A DNA stretch of 64,000 nucleotides from an uncultured Pseudomonadota bacterium (lineage in GTDB: Bacteria > Pseudomonadota > Alphaproteobacteria > RF32 > CAG-239): the NCBI GenBank assembly GCA_949295915.1, contig CASFNB010000007.1, positions 47,416 to 111,415 of the forward strand, read 5' to 3'. Shown here piece after piece: positions 8,485 to 18,364 of this stretch. Under the pieces are notes generated by a model. The model made no database searches. It was not told the origin of the DNA and worked only from the letters and a program-made list of their open reading frames with translations. Position 1 is the stretch's first letter. Each line of letters starts with the position of its first letter. The position numbers were made by a program, and so were the translations under genes.

Positions 8485-9561
8485 ATGAAAAAAAGAATTG
8501 GTATTTTAACCAGCGGCGGCGACTGCGCCGGTCTTAATGCCGTTATCAGTTCCGTTGTACAAGCTGCTTCGCAAAAAGGTTGGGAAGTTTTGGGTATTCA
8601 TAACGGTACCGATGGCATAACCGAAACACCTCATAGCTATGAAGAACTCACCGTTCATAATTTTTCTGATTCTCCGTGGCCGAGATTGAGCGGTTCTTAC
8701 TTAGGCTCTTTAAATAAAGGTGTTAAAATGGAATCTTTGGAAGCCATGAGCCAAAAGTTTGCTCAAGGGGTGAAAGATTTGAAACTTGACGCCGTTGTGG
8801 TCGTCGGCGGTGACGGTAGTATGAATATTGTTTCTAACTACTGCAAAGGTTTGGATGTTCAAGTTATCGGTATTCCAAAGACCATTGATAATGATACTCC
8901 GGTTACAGAATTTTCCGTTGGCTTCCAAACTGCCGTTCAAGTTTGCACCAAAGCTGTTGATGACTTGTATTTAACCGCACGTTCTCACAATCGTGCCATC
9001 ATCATGGAAGTTATGGGACGCGATGCCGGTCACTTGGCTATGCACTCTGCTATTGCCGGTGCCGCCGATGTTTGTTTGGTTCCCGAAATTCCTTACACCA
9101 TTGACGGCATTATCAACAAACTCAAAGCCGTTAAAGCCAGCGGTCGCAACAATGCCATTATCGTTGTTTCCGAAGGTATTAAAACCGAAAGCGGCGAACA
9201 TATGTCTAACAAGAAAAATTTGGTTGGGGAAGCCGTTTATGGCGGTATCAGCCAATATCTGGTAAATGAAATCAGCTCTCGTTACAATGAATTCCAAATT
9301 CGTTCTACCACTTTGGGACATATTCAACGTTCCGGTACTCCGGTTGCTTTTGACCGCTTGCTCGCTTACCTTTACGGAGCTAAAGCCGTTGAACTTTTGG
9401 AAAAAGGTGTTAACCGTCATATGGTTATTTGGAAAGCCGGTCACGTTGAGTCTGCTTCTTTTGACGAGATTGTTAAAGAAGGCACAACCAAACTCAATAC
9501 TCACAGCGATTATGTTAAAGCAGCTCAAGCTTTGGGTATGTATATCGGTGAATGCAAATAA
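8485..9561 (+). CDS. pfk: 6-phosphofructokinase (phosphoryl donor not resolvable by eye)
   Basis: SGGDCAGLNAVI, VVVGGDGSMNI, IGIPKTIDNDTP and MGRDAGHLA motifs. It has GGDGS (ATP-type Gly) together with PKTIDND (Lys typical of PPi-type or group III enzymes). Confidence 0.9.
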   Translation: MKKRIGILTSGGDCAGLNAVISSVVQAASQKGWEVLGIHNGTDGITETPHSYEELTVHNFSDSPWPRLSGSYLGSLNKGVKMESLEAMSQKFAQGVKDLKLDAVVVVGGDGSMNIVSNYCKGLDVQVIGIPKTIDNDTPVTEFSVGFQTAVQVCTKAVDDLYLTARSHNRAIIMEVMGRDAGHLAMHSAIAGAADVCLVPEIPYTIDGIINKLKAVKASGRNNAIIVVSEGIKTESGEHMSNKKNLVGEAVYGGISQYLVNEISSRYNEFQIRSTTLGHIQRSGTPVAFDRLLAYLYGAKAVELLEKGVNRHMVIWKAGHVESASFDEIVKEGTTKLNTHSDYVKAAQALGMYIGECK

Positions 9562-9584
9562 ACTTTTAGCATTTATTGTTTTCA

Positions 9585-9612
9585 AAGCCTCTCTTTTGGG
9601 AGGCTTTTTTTT
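9585..9612 (+). terminator. intrinsic terminator after pfk
   Basis: AAGCCTCTC-tttt-GGGAGGCTT followed by a T-run. Confidence 0.6.
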
Positions 9613-9693
9613 GTACTATTTTCTTGATTATATTGCCAAAACAATCTATATTTTGGTTAGTATTTTTAAGTATTATATTTAATTTTTTTGTTT

Positions 9694-10041
9694 ATGAAAA
9701 AGTTTTTATTTGGGATTTTTAATCTCATAACTGTTGCTTTTTTTCTTATCTTCGGTGTCAGTGGAAGTCTTTGTTTGGAAAAACATTGGGATTTTTTTGT
9801 TGACGCTTACCGAAGCGGAAATGCAAATCAGGCCATTATTGAGACATTGTTTATCAGTTTTTTTGCCTGTTTTTTAATTGCCGCCGTCGGTTTTATCGTT
9901 TCTGCCATTATTTATCTATTCTTTTTGTTTAGAGAAAAGAATAGACCTCGGCGGCATCTTATTTTTGCCGGTAAAAAAGCCTTTATTTTTATCTGGGACG
10001 GAACTTTCTGGAATCGGATGTGGCTTTATATGCAGGCATGA
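9694..10041 (+). CDS. small membrane protein, hypothetical
   Basis: ATG at 9694. Two to three hydrophobic spans (FGIFNLITVAFFLIFGV; FISFFACFLIAAVGFIVSAIIYLFFLF). Confidence 0.4.
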   Translation: MKKFLFGIFNLITVAFFLIFGVSGSLCLEKHWDFFVDAYRSGNANQAIIETLFISFFACFLIAAVGFIVSAIIYLFFLFREKNRPRRHLIFAGKKAFIFIWDGTFWNRMWLYMQA

Positions 10042-10076
10042 AAAAAGAGCTTTCCGCTTGGAAAGCTCTTTTTGTT
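10041..10076. terminator. bidirectional terminator between the membrane-protein gene and the LD-carboxypeptidase gene
   Basis: AAGAGCTTTCC-gctt-GGAAAGCTCTT, a perfect 11-bp stem with A/T flanks. Confidence 0.65.
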
Positions 10077-10080
10077 TAAT

Positions 10081-11064
10081 CTAAATTTCAACAAGAATTT
10101 GATTATTTTCTATTTTTGCCATGCCGCCGATCGGGAATGTGGTCAACGGCGTAGTGTGCCCAAAATCGACATTGGCGATTATCGGCATGTTTTTCAATTC
10201 CGGCTTATTCAAAATAAATTCCAATTTTTCATGGCTGACTTCGGAGGCTTTTTGGAAACGACCGATAACCATGCCTTTGACGTTTTTGAAATCATCTTGA
10301 TACATCAGCGCTTGCAAGTGGCGGTCAAATGCACCGGCATCGCCTGCGGAAGTGAAACAATCTTCGATAAAAAGAATCGTATCTTTTTCAAATTTGGGAC
10401 GATAGGATGAGCCCAACAGCAAATCAAAAGTACCGATATTACCGCCGATAATCGTACCTTCGGCTTTGCCTTCGTTGATTATCCACCAGCCCTCGTTCTT
10501 GATGAAGTTTCTGTCTTCTTGATTGATGAACCACAAGTCATCACTCCATTCTTTTGACGGTTGGAGTTGATTTTTTTGTTCGCCCATTAACATAATTTGC
10601 AAGTTTTCCAAAGTATATTCACTTCCCTTTATGCAGCCGATAGAGCTATAATGCGGTCCGTGAAAAGTTACTAAGCCGGTTTTGGCGTAAATAGCGTTCA
10701 ACAAAGCCGTAATATCAGAGAATCCGCAGAAAATTTTAGGATTATTTTTAATTACGTCATAATCCAAATAAGGTAAAATCTGGTTAGAGTTAGAGCCCCC
10801 GATAATAGTGAAAATGGCTTTGACGTTCTTGTCCTTAAAAGCATCCATCATATCGGAAACACGGTGTTCAACCGTGGAAGAACCCATCAAATCCATTTCC
10901 TCGGTTTCCATATATTTACCGAAGCTTACTTTTAAGCCCATGTCGGCAAAGCGTTTGGCTGCCCATTCGCGACTGTCTTGTCCGATAATCTTAAAGCTGC
11001 GTGCCGGTGCGACAATGCGTACTTCATCACCTTTTTGCAATTTTGCAGGAATAATTTTTTGCAT
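10081..11064 (-). CDS. LD-carboxypeptidase (peptidase S66, LdcA/MccF-like)
   Basis: 327 aa. GFSDITAL nucleophile motif, VDFGHTTP His motif, and an N-terminal KGDEVRIVAPA. Confidence 0.8.
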   Translation of the reverse strand: MQKIIPAKLQKGDEVRIVAPARSFKIIGQDSREWAAKRFADMGLKVSFGKYMETEEMDLMGSSTVEHRVSDMMDAFKDKNVKAIFTIIGGSNSNQILPYLDYDVIKNNPKIFCGFSDITALLNAIYAKTGLVTFHGPHYSSIGCIKGSEYTLENLQIMLMGEQKNQLQPSKEWSDDLWFINQEDRNFIKNEGWWIINEGKAEGTIIGGNIGTFDLLLGSSYRPKFEKDTILFIEDCFTSAGDAGAFDRHLQALMYQDDFKNVKGMVIGRFQKASEVSHEKLEFILNKPELKNMPIIANVDFGHTTPLTTFPIGGMAKIENNQILVEI

Positions 11065-11136
11065 GTTTTTCTCCTTATGCGAATCTAATTGTTTTATAGC
11101 TTAATGCAAAAATTTTAAAAAGGATAAAAAAAATTC

Positions 11137-11181
11137 TTGATTTTTATTTTCCCGCTTTTATCATAAGAACAAAAGTAGAAC
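11137..11181 (+). promoter_or_regulatory. umuDC promoter with an alphaproteobacterial-type LexA (SOS) box
   Basis: TTGATT (11137-11142), 16 nt, then TATCAT (11159-11164). The direct repeat GAAC-aaaagta-GAAC at 11167-11181 fits GAAC-N7-GAAC exactly and sits at the predicted transcription start. Confidence 0.55.
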
Positions 11182-11200
11182 ATTTTAGAAAGGTATGAAA

Positions 11201-11551
11201 ATGAGTTTTGGTTCTCCCGCAAGTGATTATGTACAAAACAACCTCGACTTAAACCAATTTTTGGTTCCGCACAAAGCTGCCACATATTTCTTGAAAGTCA
11301 GCGGCGATGCGATGAAAAATGCCGGTATTCTTGACGGCGATTTTTTGGTGGTCGACCGCTCTTTGGAAATTTGCCACAATCAAATTATTGTGGTTGAACA
11401 AGACGGCGAACTCGTGGTCAGACGCTTCAAAAAACAAAACAACCAAATCTGCCTGATGCCCGAAAACGAAAAATATGCCCCGCGTTTTCTGCGCGAAAAT
11501 GACGAACTCGTCATCTGGGGCGGTGTTTCTGCCGTATTTAGAAAACTCTAA
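11201..11551 (+). CDS. umuD: UmuD-prime-like protein (S24 fold, naturally truncated, catalytic dyad substituted)
   Basis: The ATG at 11201 is 7 nt after GAAAGG. MSFGSPASDYVQNNLDLNQFLVPHKAATYFLKVSGDAM aligns with E. coli UmuD from Gly25 (GFPSPAADYVEQRIDLNQLL...KASGDSM). GDAM replaces GDSM and VVRRF replaces TVKKL. Confidence 0.8.
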   Translation: MSFGSPASDYVQNNLDLNQFLVPHKAATYFLKVSGDAMKNAGILDGDFLVVDRSLEICHNQIIVVEQDGELVVRRFKKQNNQICLMPENEKYAPRFLRENDELVIWGGVSAVFRKL

Positions 11552-11555
11552 GCTC

Positions 11556-12800
11556 ATGTTTGCCCTTATTGATTGCGACAACTTTTTTGTTTCTTGCGAA
11601 CGAATCTTTCAGCCAAACTTAAAGAATCGTCCGGTGGTCGTGTTGTCCAACAATGACGGCTGTGTGGTTGCACGCTCATACGAAGCCAAAGCCCTCGGAA
11701 TCCCCATGGCGGCGCCGTTTTTCAAAATTGAAAAACAGTTCAAAGCTGCAGGCGGTATCGCCCTCTCCTCAAACTATGAGCTTTATGCCGATATTTCTCA
11801 GCGCATTATGAGCCTTATTCGTGATGAATTTCAAAATTTGGAAATTTACTCTATTGATGAAGCCTTTGTTCATCTTCCCGAAAAAGGCGATTATTGCAAA
11901 ATAGCGCAAAATTTTCATAACAAAATTCTTAAATATATCGGGGTTTCGGTTTCTATCGGGGTGGCCCCGACCAAAACACTTTGTAAACTTGCCGGAGAAT
12001 TTGCCAAAACCCATGGCAAAGTTTTTGTTCTTACCGAGCAAGATCTCATCTCGCAAATGCTCAGCCGAACCGATGTCGAGCAAATTTGGGGAATTGGCAA
12101 ACATAGTGCACGAAAGCTCAATTTTATGGGCATATTTACCGGAGAAGACCTGCGCCTTGCTCCTCGTACAATCTTGCGCAAAAGCATGGGTATCAACGCC
12201 GAAAAAACTGCATTAGAGCTTAATGGCTTTCCTTGCTTGGAAGCAGAAAATGACACCCGTCAAAAGACAATTATATCCTCGCGCAGTTTTGAAAAAGAAA
12301 TTTCTGATTTTAACCAGCTCGAGCAAATTATATCTGAATTTGTTGATGGTGCATGCCTGCGTTTGCGCAAGCAAAAATCATTGGCTTCGGGCATTATCAC
12401 ATATATCGCTTCCAATCGTTTTAACCAAAATCAAACTCCTTATCAAAACTCCATTCTCATCTCACTTGCCGCACCCAGCAACAATACGGCTAAGTTTCTA
12501 AAAGCAATGAAACTCGGCTTGCAACAAATTTATCGTGCCGATGTTTCTTACAAACGCGCCGGTGTAACTCTTACCGAGATTCAAGATGAAAACCTGCCGC
12601 AATATGATCTCTTACGTCCGCAAGAAGAAAACGGCAAAGAGCGCAAGCTGATGGCGGCTTTTGATGAAATCAACCGCAAAATCGGCAAAAAAAGCGTCTA
12701 TTTTGGGATTCAAAAAAGCGGTGTGCAATATTTTATTCGGCGCAACCACAAATCGCGCAATTTTACCACCTCTTGGGATGATTTAGCCTCCGTCCACTAA
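11556..12800 (+). CDS. umuC: Y-family translesion DNA polymerase UmuC (Pol V catalytic subunit)
   Basis: The ATG at 11556 comes 5 nt after the umuD stop. MFALIDCDNFFVSCERIFQPNL, SIDEAF and IWGIG motifs. The track start at 11475 overlaps umuD and is rejected. Confidence 0.9.
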   Translation: MFALIDCDNFFVSCERIFQPNLKNRPVVVLSNNDGCVVARSYEAKALGIPMAAPFFKIEKQFKAAGGIALSSNYELYADISQRIMSLIRDEFQNLEIYSIDEAFVHLPEKGDYCKIAQNFHNKILKYIGVSVSIGVAPTKTLCKLAGEFAKTHGKVFVLTEQDLISQMLSRTDVEQIWGIGKHSARKLNFMGIFTGEDLRLAPRTILRKSMGINAEKTALELNGFPCLEAENDTRQKTIISSRSFEKEISDFNQLEQIISEFVDGACLRLRKQKSLASGIITYIASNRFNQNQTPYQNSILISLAAPSNNTAKFLKAMKLGLQQIYRADVSYKRAGVTLTEIQDENLPQYDLLRPQEENGKERKLMAAFDEINRKIGKKSVYFGIQKSGVQYFIRRNHKSRNFTTSWDDLASVH

Positions 12801-12844
12801 CAAGCTGGAGCCAGCCAAACGTGAGGACGTTTGATCCCCAAAGT

Positions 12845-13305
12845 TAGATTGCCGCGCTGTCTGGGAAAAGAAGCCGCGATGCTGTCTATGTGCAAGGCGT
12901 ATCTTCCGTGCCTTGTTCATTCTTCTTTGTCATCCCGAACACACCCTTATCGTCACCCTGAATTTATTTCAGGGTCTCATGAGATGCTGAAACAAGTTCA
13001 GCATGACTGTGTGGGGTATCGGAATGACAAAAAATGTGATGCTGAAACAAGTTCAGCATGACAGTGTGGAATGTTTAGCTGCCGCCGGCCGAACGCAGCG
13101 CGTTCGATCGCCAAGCCGAGCCGGCTTGACCGCACTAATTGACAGCCGCGCTGTCCGTGCCCAGAAGCCGCGTTGCTGTCTATGTGCAAAGCGGAGAGTT
13201 TGTGCCTTGTTCATTCTTCTTTGTCATCCCGAACACACACTTATCGTCACCCTGAATTTATTTCAGGGTCTCATGAGATGCTGAAACAAGTTCAGCATGA
13301 CTGTG
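12845..13305. repeat. hairpin-rich composite repeat cluster, locus B (two full units plus an extra half unit)
   Basis: Module 1 (GATTGCCGCGCTGT...GTGCCTTGTTCATTCTTCTTTGTCATCCCGAA) occurs at 12848-12939 and 13141-13231. Module 2 (CACCCTGAATTTATTTCAGGGTCTCATGAG + ATGCTGAAACAAGTTCAGCATGAC) has the 24-mer at 12984-13007, 13039-13062 and 13278-13301. Both module-2 parts are stem-loops. Confidence 0.75.
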
Positions 13306-13333
13306 AAGAAAAAAAAACGAAAGGAGAAAGAAT

Positions 13334-14134
13334 ATGAATATAATACTTAAAAGAATTTTGGGAGCAAGTCTCGCGCTCGCGGCTTTCTCCTTTATACCCT
13401 ACGCTAAAGCTCAAACCTGTGTCACCCCGCCAACTTGCGAAAGCTTGGGATATACACTGACAGAAACTGATTGTGAAGGGCATAATTTTCTTAAATGTCC
13501 GTTTGACACCAGTGTCGATTATTGTGACTCCGGTAGCGGAAGTTTTGGATTTTATGATAATCCACCTATCGGTGCATTTCTTTACTCTGATATGAATTGC
13601 TCCATCTCCTTAGATAAGAGTAAAACCGTAATCGGGATTATTTTTGATACAGAACACCGTTTAGCGATTGCTTTAAACTCAAAGAGTGCTTCTTGGTCAT
13701 CACAACTATTTGATATTCCCGAATTACCAAATATAGAGATAGCTAGTGATACGGACAGAGGCAAAGAAGTAATATCTGATTGGTCGGGAAAAAGTAATAC
13801 CAAGATAATTATCGATTATTGCCGAGCTAATGGTTATAGTTGCCCAGCTGCTGAATATGCTTATTCATATACAACGGAAGGTACTAAAGCCGGTGATTGG
13901 TATTTACCGGCAGCAGGCGAATTAGAAGCTATGTCTGTTAATATAAGTGTTTTAAATTCAAGTTTATCTTTAATCGAAGGAAGCACGCGTCTGTATAATT
14001 CTTATTGGTCTTCTAACGAAATGTCTACAGATTATGCTTGGGATATGACTTACGATAGTAGATACGGTAGTTTTTGGGGTTACGTCCCTTATAAGAGGGA
14101 TACTCATCCCGTTCGTCCGGTTATTCAATTTTAA
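13334..14134 (+). CDS. secreted Cys-rich protein, paralogue 2, with a DUF1566 (Lcl C-terminal-like) domain
   Basis: Signal peptide plus AQTCVTPPTCESLGYTLTETDCEGHNFLKCPFDTSVDYC, shared with the ORF at 1688. The C-terminus GDWYLPAAGELEAM...YWSSNE...AW...HPVRPV fits the DUF1566 pattern. Confidence 0.7.
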   Translation: MNIILKRILGASLALAAFSFIPYAKAQTCVTPPTCESLGYTLTETDCEGHNFLKCPFDTSVDYCDSGSGSFGFYDNPPIGAFLYSDMNCSISLDKSKTVIGIIFDTEHRLAIALNSKSASWSSQLFDIPELPNIEIASDTDRGKEVISDWSGKSNTKIIIDYCRANGYSCPAAEYAYSYTTEGTKAGDWYLPAAGELEAMSVNISVLNSSLSLIEGSTRLYNSYWSSNEMSTDYAWDMTYDSRYGSFWGYVPYKRDTHPVRPVIQF

Positions 14135-14139
14135 GCAGC

Positions 14140-14763
14140 TCATATTATCCCAATTTTTTGTGCATTGACCAGCGCTTGGGTGCGATTAGTGGCATTTAAG
14201 GCTTTAAGCATTGCATTGATATGCAATTTTATTGTAGCTTCACTAACGCCCATTTCATAAGCAATCTGCTTGTTGGACAGCCCTTTGGATATATATTGCA
14301 AAACTTCAAATTGTCTTGTTGTCAGATTTCCGTTTTTATTTTCATTCGGCACTTTGGATGTTCCCAAACTTTCCAACAAAATCGGAGGTAAATATGTTCC
14401 TCCGTCCAAAACCAATTTCAAGGCCGCTGATATGATTTTGCTCTCTGAGCGTTTGGGAATATAACCACTCACTCCTCTTTCCAGCGCCTGACGAACCACT
14501 TTGGAATCTTCTGTTGCCGATATGACAACAAAATGGGCTTGCGGTGCTTTTGTCATTAAGTCGGCCAAACCTTCCTGCCAGTTTTTGTCCGGCATATCTA
14601 AATCAACCAACACTAATGCAACCTCCGAATTTTCTTCAAGCTGCTTTTCTGCTTGTATATAACTCTCGGCTTGGATAATTTGCGCCTTGTTATCCAACTG
14701 TTCCAATGTCAGTTTTAAGCCATCGCGAAATAAGGCATGGTCATCGGTTATCAATATTTTCAT
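14140..14763 (-). CDS. NarL/FixJ-family response regulator (receiver + LuxR-type HTH), orphan
   Basis: MKILITDDHALFRDGL...VLVDLDMPD receiver domain, then C-terminal LTTRQFEVLQYISKGLSNKQIAYEMGVSEATIKLH. No histidine kinase is adjacent. Confidence 0.85.
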   Translation of the reverse strand: MKILITDDHALFRDGLKLTLEQLDNKAQIIQAESYIQAEKQLEENSEVALVLVDLDMPDKNWQEGLADLMTKAPQAHFVVISATEDSKVVRQALERGVSGYIPKRSESKIISAALKLVLDGGTYLPPILLESLGTSKVPNENKNGNLTTRQFEVLQYISKGLSNKQIAYEMGVSEATIKLHINAMLKALNATNRTQALVNAQKIGII

Positions 14764-14805
14764 TTTTCCCTCTGTTTTTTTTGAAAATATATAATCTTTA
14801 TTAAG

Positions 14806-15270
14806 CTATTTTAAATGTGGTAACTCAATATATTCCACGCCGGCTTCTTCAAACATCTGACGAGAATATTCCAACTTATCGCGCCAAGTATTGTCTTTGA
14901 TATCGTTTCTTTTTTCCAGAGGATTGGTCACAACCATTTTAATGCCGGATTGAATAATGGCTCGGGCACAATCGGTGCAAGGTGTGTGGGTGGCATATAA
15001 AACGCAGCCTTTGAGTGATGTACCGGTCAAGCAAGCATTGTAAATGGCGTTTCTTTCGGCATGTTCAAAAAAGTCATATTTCGTCGGACGTTCCATACGT
15101 TCCGGCTTATCATCATATACACCTCGGACCAAACCGTTGTATCCCGTGGCTCTGATTTCTCTATCCGGACCAACTACTACGGCGCCGGTTTTGGTTGATG
15201 TATCTTTAGACCATGAAGCGACCAAAAAAGCCACTTCCATAAAACGTCTGTGCCATTTTTCCGAAAACAT
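14806..15270 (-). CDS. dCMP deaminase (ComEB/cytidine-deoxycytidylate deaminase family)
   Basis: HAERNAI and PCTDCA zinc motifs. The start is placed at the ATG at 15270 (MFSEKWHRRFMEVA...). Confidence 0.8.
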   Translation of the reverse strand: MFSEKWHRRFMEVAFLVASWSKDTSTKTGAVVVGPDREIRATGYNGLVRGVYDDKPERMERPTKYDFFEHAERNAIYNACLTGTSLKGCVLYATHTPCTDCARAIIQSGIKMVVTNPLEKRNDIKDNTWRDKLEYSRQMFEEAGVEYIELPHLK

Positions 15271-15416
15271 CTTTTTTTCTCCTGTTTTACTTATTGTCTT
15301 TATGATAATTTTTTTTCCACATTTGGCAATAAAAATCTTAAAAAAAGCGAGTCTTTCTCTTGACATTCGGGCTAAAATACCCCACTTTATACCCAGTGCA
15401 TTTTATAATTTATTAG

Positions 15417-16703
<1,287 letters not shown>

Positions 16704-16730
16704 TTTTATCTAAAAATTTCAACTCCTAAA

Positions 16731-16762
16731 AGCAGGGCAAAAATTTTCTCCCTGCTTTTTTT
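16731..16762 (+). terminator. intrinsic terminator after eno
   Basis: AGCAGGG-12 nt-CCCTGCT followed by TTTTTT. Confidence 0.6.
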
Positions 16763-16826
16763 GTTGCTTTTTTCTTGAGGATTACGTATATTCTTGACGA
16801 AATATTTATCATTAAATTTTAAGTAT

Positions 16827-17567
16827 ATGGAAAATTATTATTTTTGGTTGTCTGCATTTAGCAGAAAAAAAATTTTGTTACGGACATTTGTAAAATCTTG
16901 GAAATGGACACTTCCTTCTTTGATCGTTGCCGGATTGGGGTATTTTTTATTGTATGACATTTTAAAAGCCTCCCATTTTAATGCTTTTTTATCTTTGTTG
17001 ACTTCGCTCAGCTTATTTGCCGTGGTCAAATATAAAGATAAACTCAAAAAGAAAAATATCTTTCTTTTTCGGGCATCTTATACGGCTGCTACCGGCATCA
17101 TTTTGTTTTGGATGTTGATTGCCCTCGGTTTACCGAAATTGGGAATTTTGTTAAGTCTGGCATTGGTCTTGTTTTTCATTTCTCCGTTTCTTAATTATCT
17201 GCCGTTTAAGTTATCTAAAGAAAGGATAATGTTTACTATTTGGATTTTGATAATTTTGGCATTGGGAATTGATTTTATAAACTCATTTAACGGAGATTTT
17301 GCTTGTCGTTTTGCCTCCTTTGCCTTTTGTTTCGGCTTTATGCTGTTTAATGCCTATGAGCTCAAACAAATGGATAAAGATCTGCAATACGGATTAACAA
17401 AAGAAGATATAAAAAAAATGACCGATGATTGGTGTTTTGATATTTTTATCAATTTCCTCGGAATGATTTGTTTTGCCGAGGCAGTTCGTCTGGTGGCAAA
17501 AATGATTTACGTTACGCCTGACAAAAAAGTTGTTCTGCCTCAATCTTCTCAAAAAGTTGTTTCTTAA
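16827..17567 (+). CDS. polytopic membrane protein, tandem paralogue 1 (possibly a very divergent BI-1/YccA-like protein)
   Basis: ATG at 16827. About 7 hydrophobic spans. The C-terminal FNAYELKQM...DIFINFLGMICFA resembles the BI-1 family C-terminus (weak, by eye). Confidence 0.4.
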   Translation: MENYYFWLSAFSRKKILLRTFVKSWKWTLPSLIVAGLGYFLLYDILKASHFNAFLSLLTSLSLFAVVKYKDKLKKKNIFLFRASYTAATGIILFWMLIALGLPKLGILLSLALVLFFISPFLNYLPFKLSKERIMFTIWILIILALGIDFINSFNGDFACRFASFAFCFGFMLFNAYELKQMDKDLQYGLTKEDIKKMTDDWCFDIFINFLGMICFAEAVRLVAKMIYVTPDKKVVLPQSSQKVVS

Positions 17568-17650
17568 CGAAACAACTTTTTTTTATTGCCTTTTAGACAA
17601 AAAAATATTATAAAGTCTTTTGCTATTGTATAATTATAAAATTTAAGCTT

Positions 17651-18361
17651 ATGGAAATTATTAATCAAAACAAATCTCTTCCTATTTTTTGGTTGATGTT
17701 GTTTAAAAGTTTTTGCATGTTCTGTACCTCTTTTGTGTGCGGTTGGATAATTCTTAACTTATTTCCGGATTGGATTGAGCTCGATTTCTTGTTCTCGGCC
17801 AAAATATCCGTGGCAGGCATTTTGCTCTTCGGGTGGCTCCTTGTTTATCCAAAGTTTATTTGTCAAAAAAATTGGGGATTGGTATTTATTTCGTTTTTAG
17901 GCGGAATTTTTTGCTCAATCTTACTCATGTTTTTTGGCTTTGCAAATTGCTTGTTTGCTTTTGCTATTACTAATCTCGGTTTGTTTGGCGGGATTTTAAT
18001 CGGAAATTATTGTCAAAATAAAATATCGGCATCTCTGTTCATCAAAATTGTTGCTGCCATTTTTATTTTGATGTTTTTGCTTTACATCTTTTCTGTTTAT
18101 AAATCTGGAACATTTTTAATTTATCACCCCGCATACTTGGCTTTTTCTCTGCTGGCTTGGCTGCATCTGATTTACGTTTGCTCCAAAAAAGAGCAGATTA
18201 TCTCAGAACTGCTATCTTCTCAAGAAAAGCGAGCTTATCATAAATTTGTGATCTTCTTTTTCTTAAATTTTATGGCTCTGGCTCCTTTTATTGATTGCAG
18301 TAGAATTGTGGTTTTAATTTATTTTCAATTTTTGCATCTTTTTAACGTTAATCATAAATAA
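17651..18361 (+). CDS. polytopic membrane protein, tandem paralogue 2
   Basis: 236 aa, about 7 hydrophobic spans, same size class and layout as its neighbours, very AT-rich. Confidence 0.4.
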   Translation: MEIINQNKSLPIFWLMLFKSFCMFCTSFVCGWIILNLFPDWIELDFLFSAKISVAGILLFGWLLVYPKFICQKNWGLVFISFLGGIFCSILLMFFGFANCLFAFAITNLGLFGGILIGNYCQNKISASLFIKIVAAIFILMFLLYIFSVYKSGTFLIYHPAYLAFSLLAWLHLIYVCSKKEQIISELLSSQEKRAYHKFVIFFFLNFMALAPFIDCSRIVVLIYFQFLHLFNVNHK

Positions 18362-18364
18362 ATT

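Noticed and set aside
8971-9585. A 204-aa antisense ORF within pfk. Similar long antisense ORFs lie within eno (15669-16349), glgP (27894-28313), rne (60245-60724, 62204-62695) and the M48 protease (62745-63176)
   Set aside because: All lie opposite strongly supported genes and translate to low-complexity or hydrophobic nonsense. None has independent start signals.
11475-11555. The long upstream start for umuC that overlaps umuD
   Set aside because: The canonical Y-family N-terminus MFALIDCDNFF begins at the ATG at 11556, directly after the umuD stop. The extension has no homology or RBS.
12831-13284. ORFs of 60-93 aa inside the repeat clusters (12831-13061, 12998-13189, 13003-13284, also 1439-1636, 1491-1691 and 37952-38167)
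   Set aside because: They are translations of the hairpin repeat modules (recurring peptides such as HPEFISGSHEMLKQVQHD). They occur on both strands and in several frames, with no RBS.
12845-13305. Whether the clustered repeats form a CRISPR array
   Set aside because: The units are about 90-230 nt composite modules with variable order and orientation. There are no short regular repeats with uniform unique spacers, and no cas genes are in the window.
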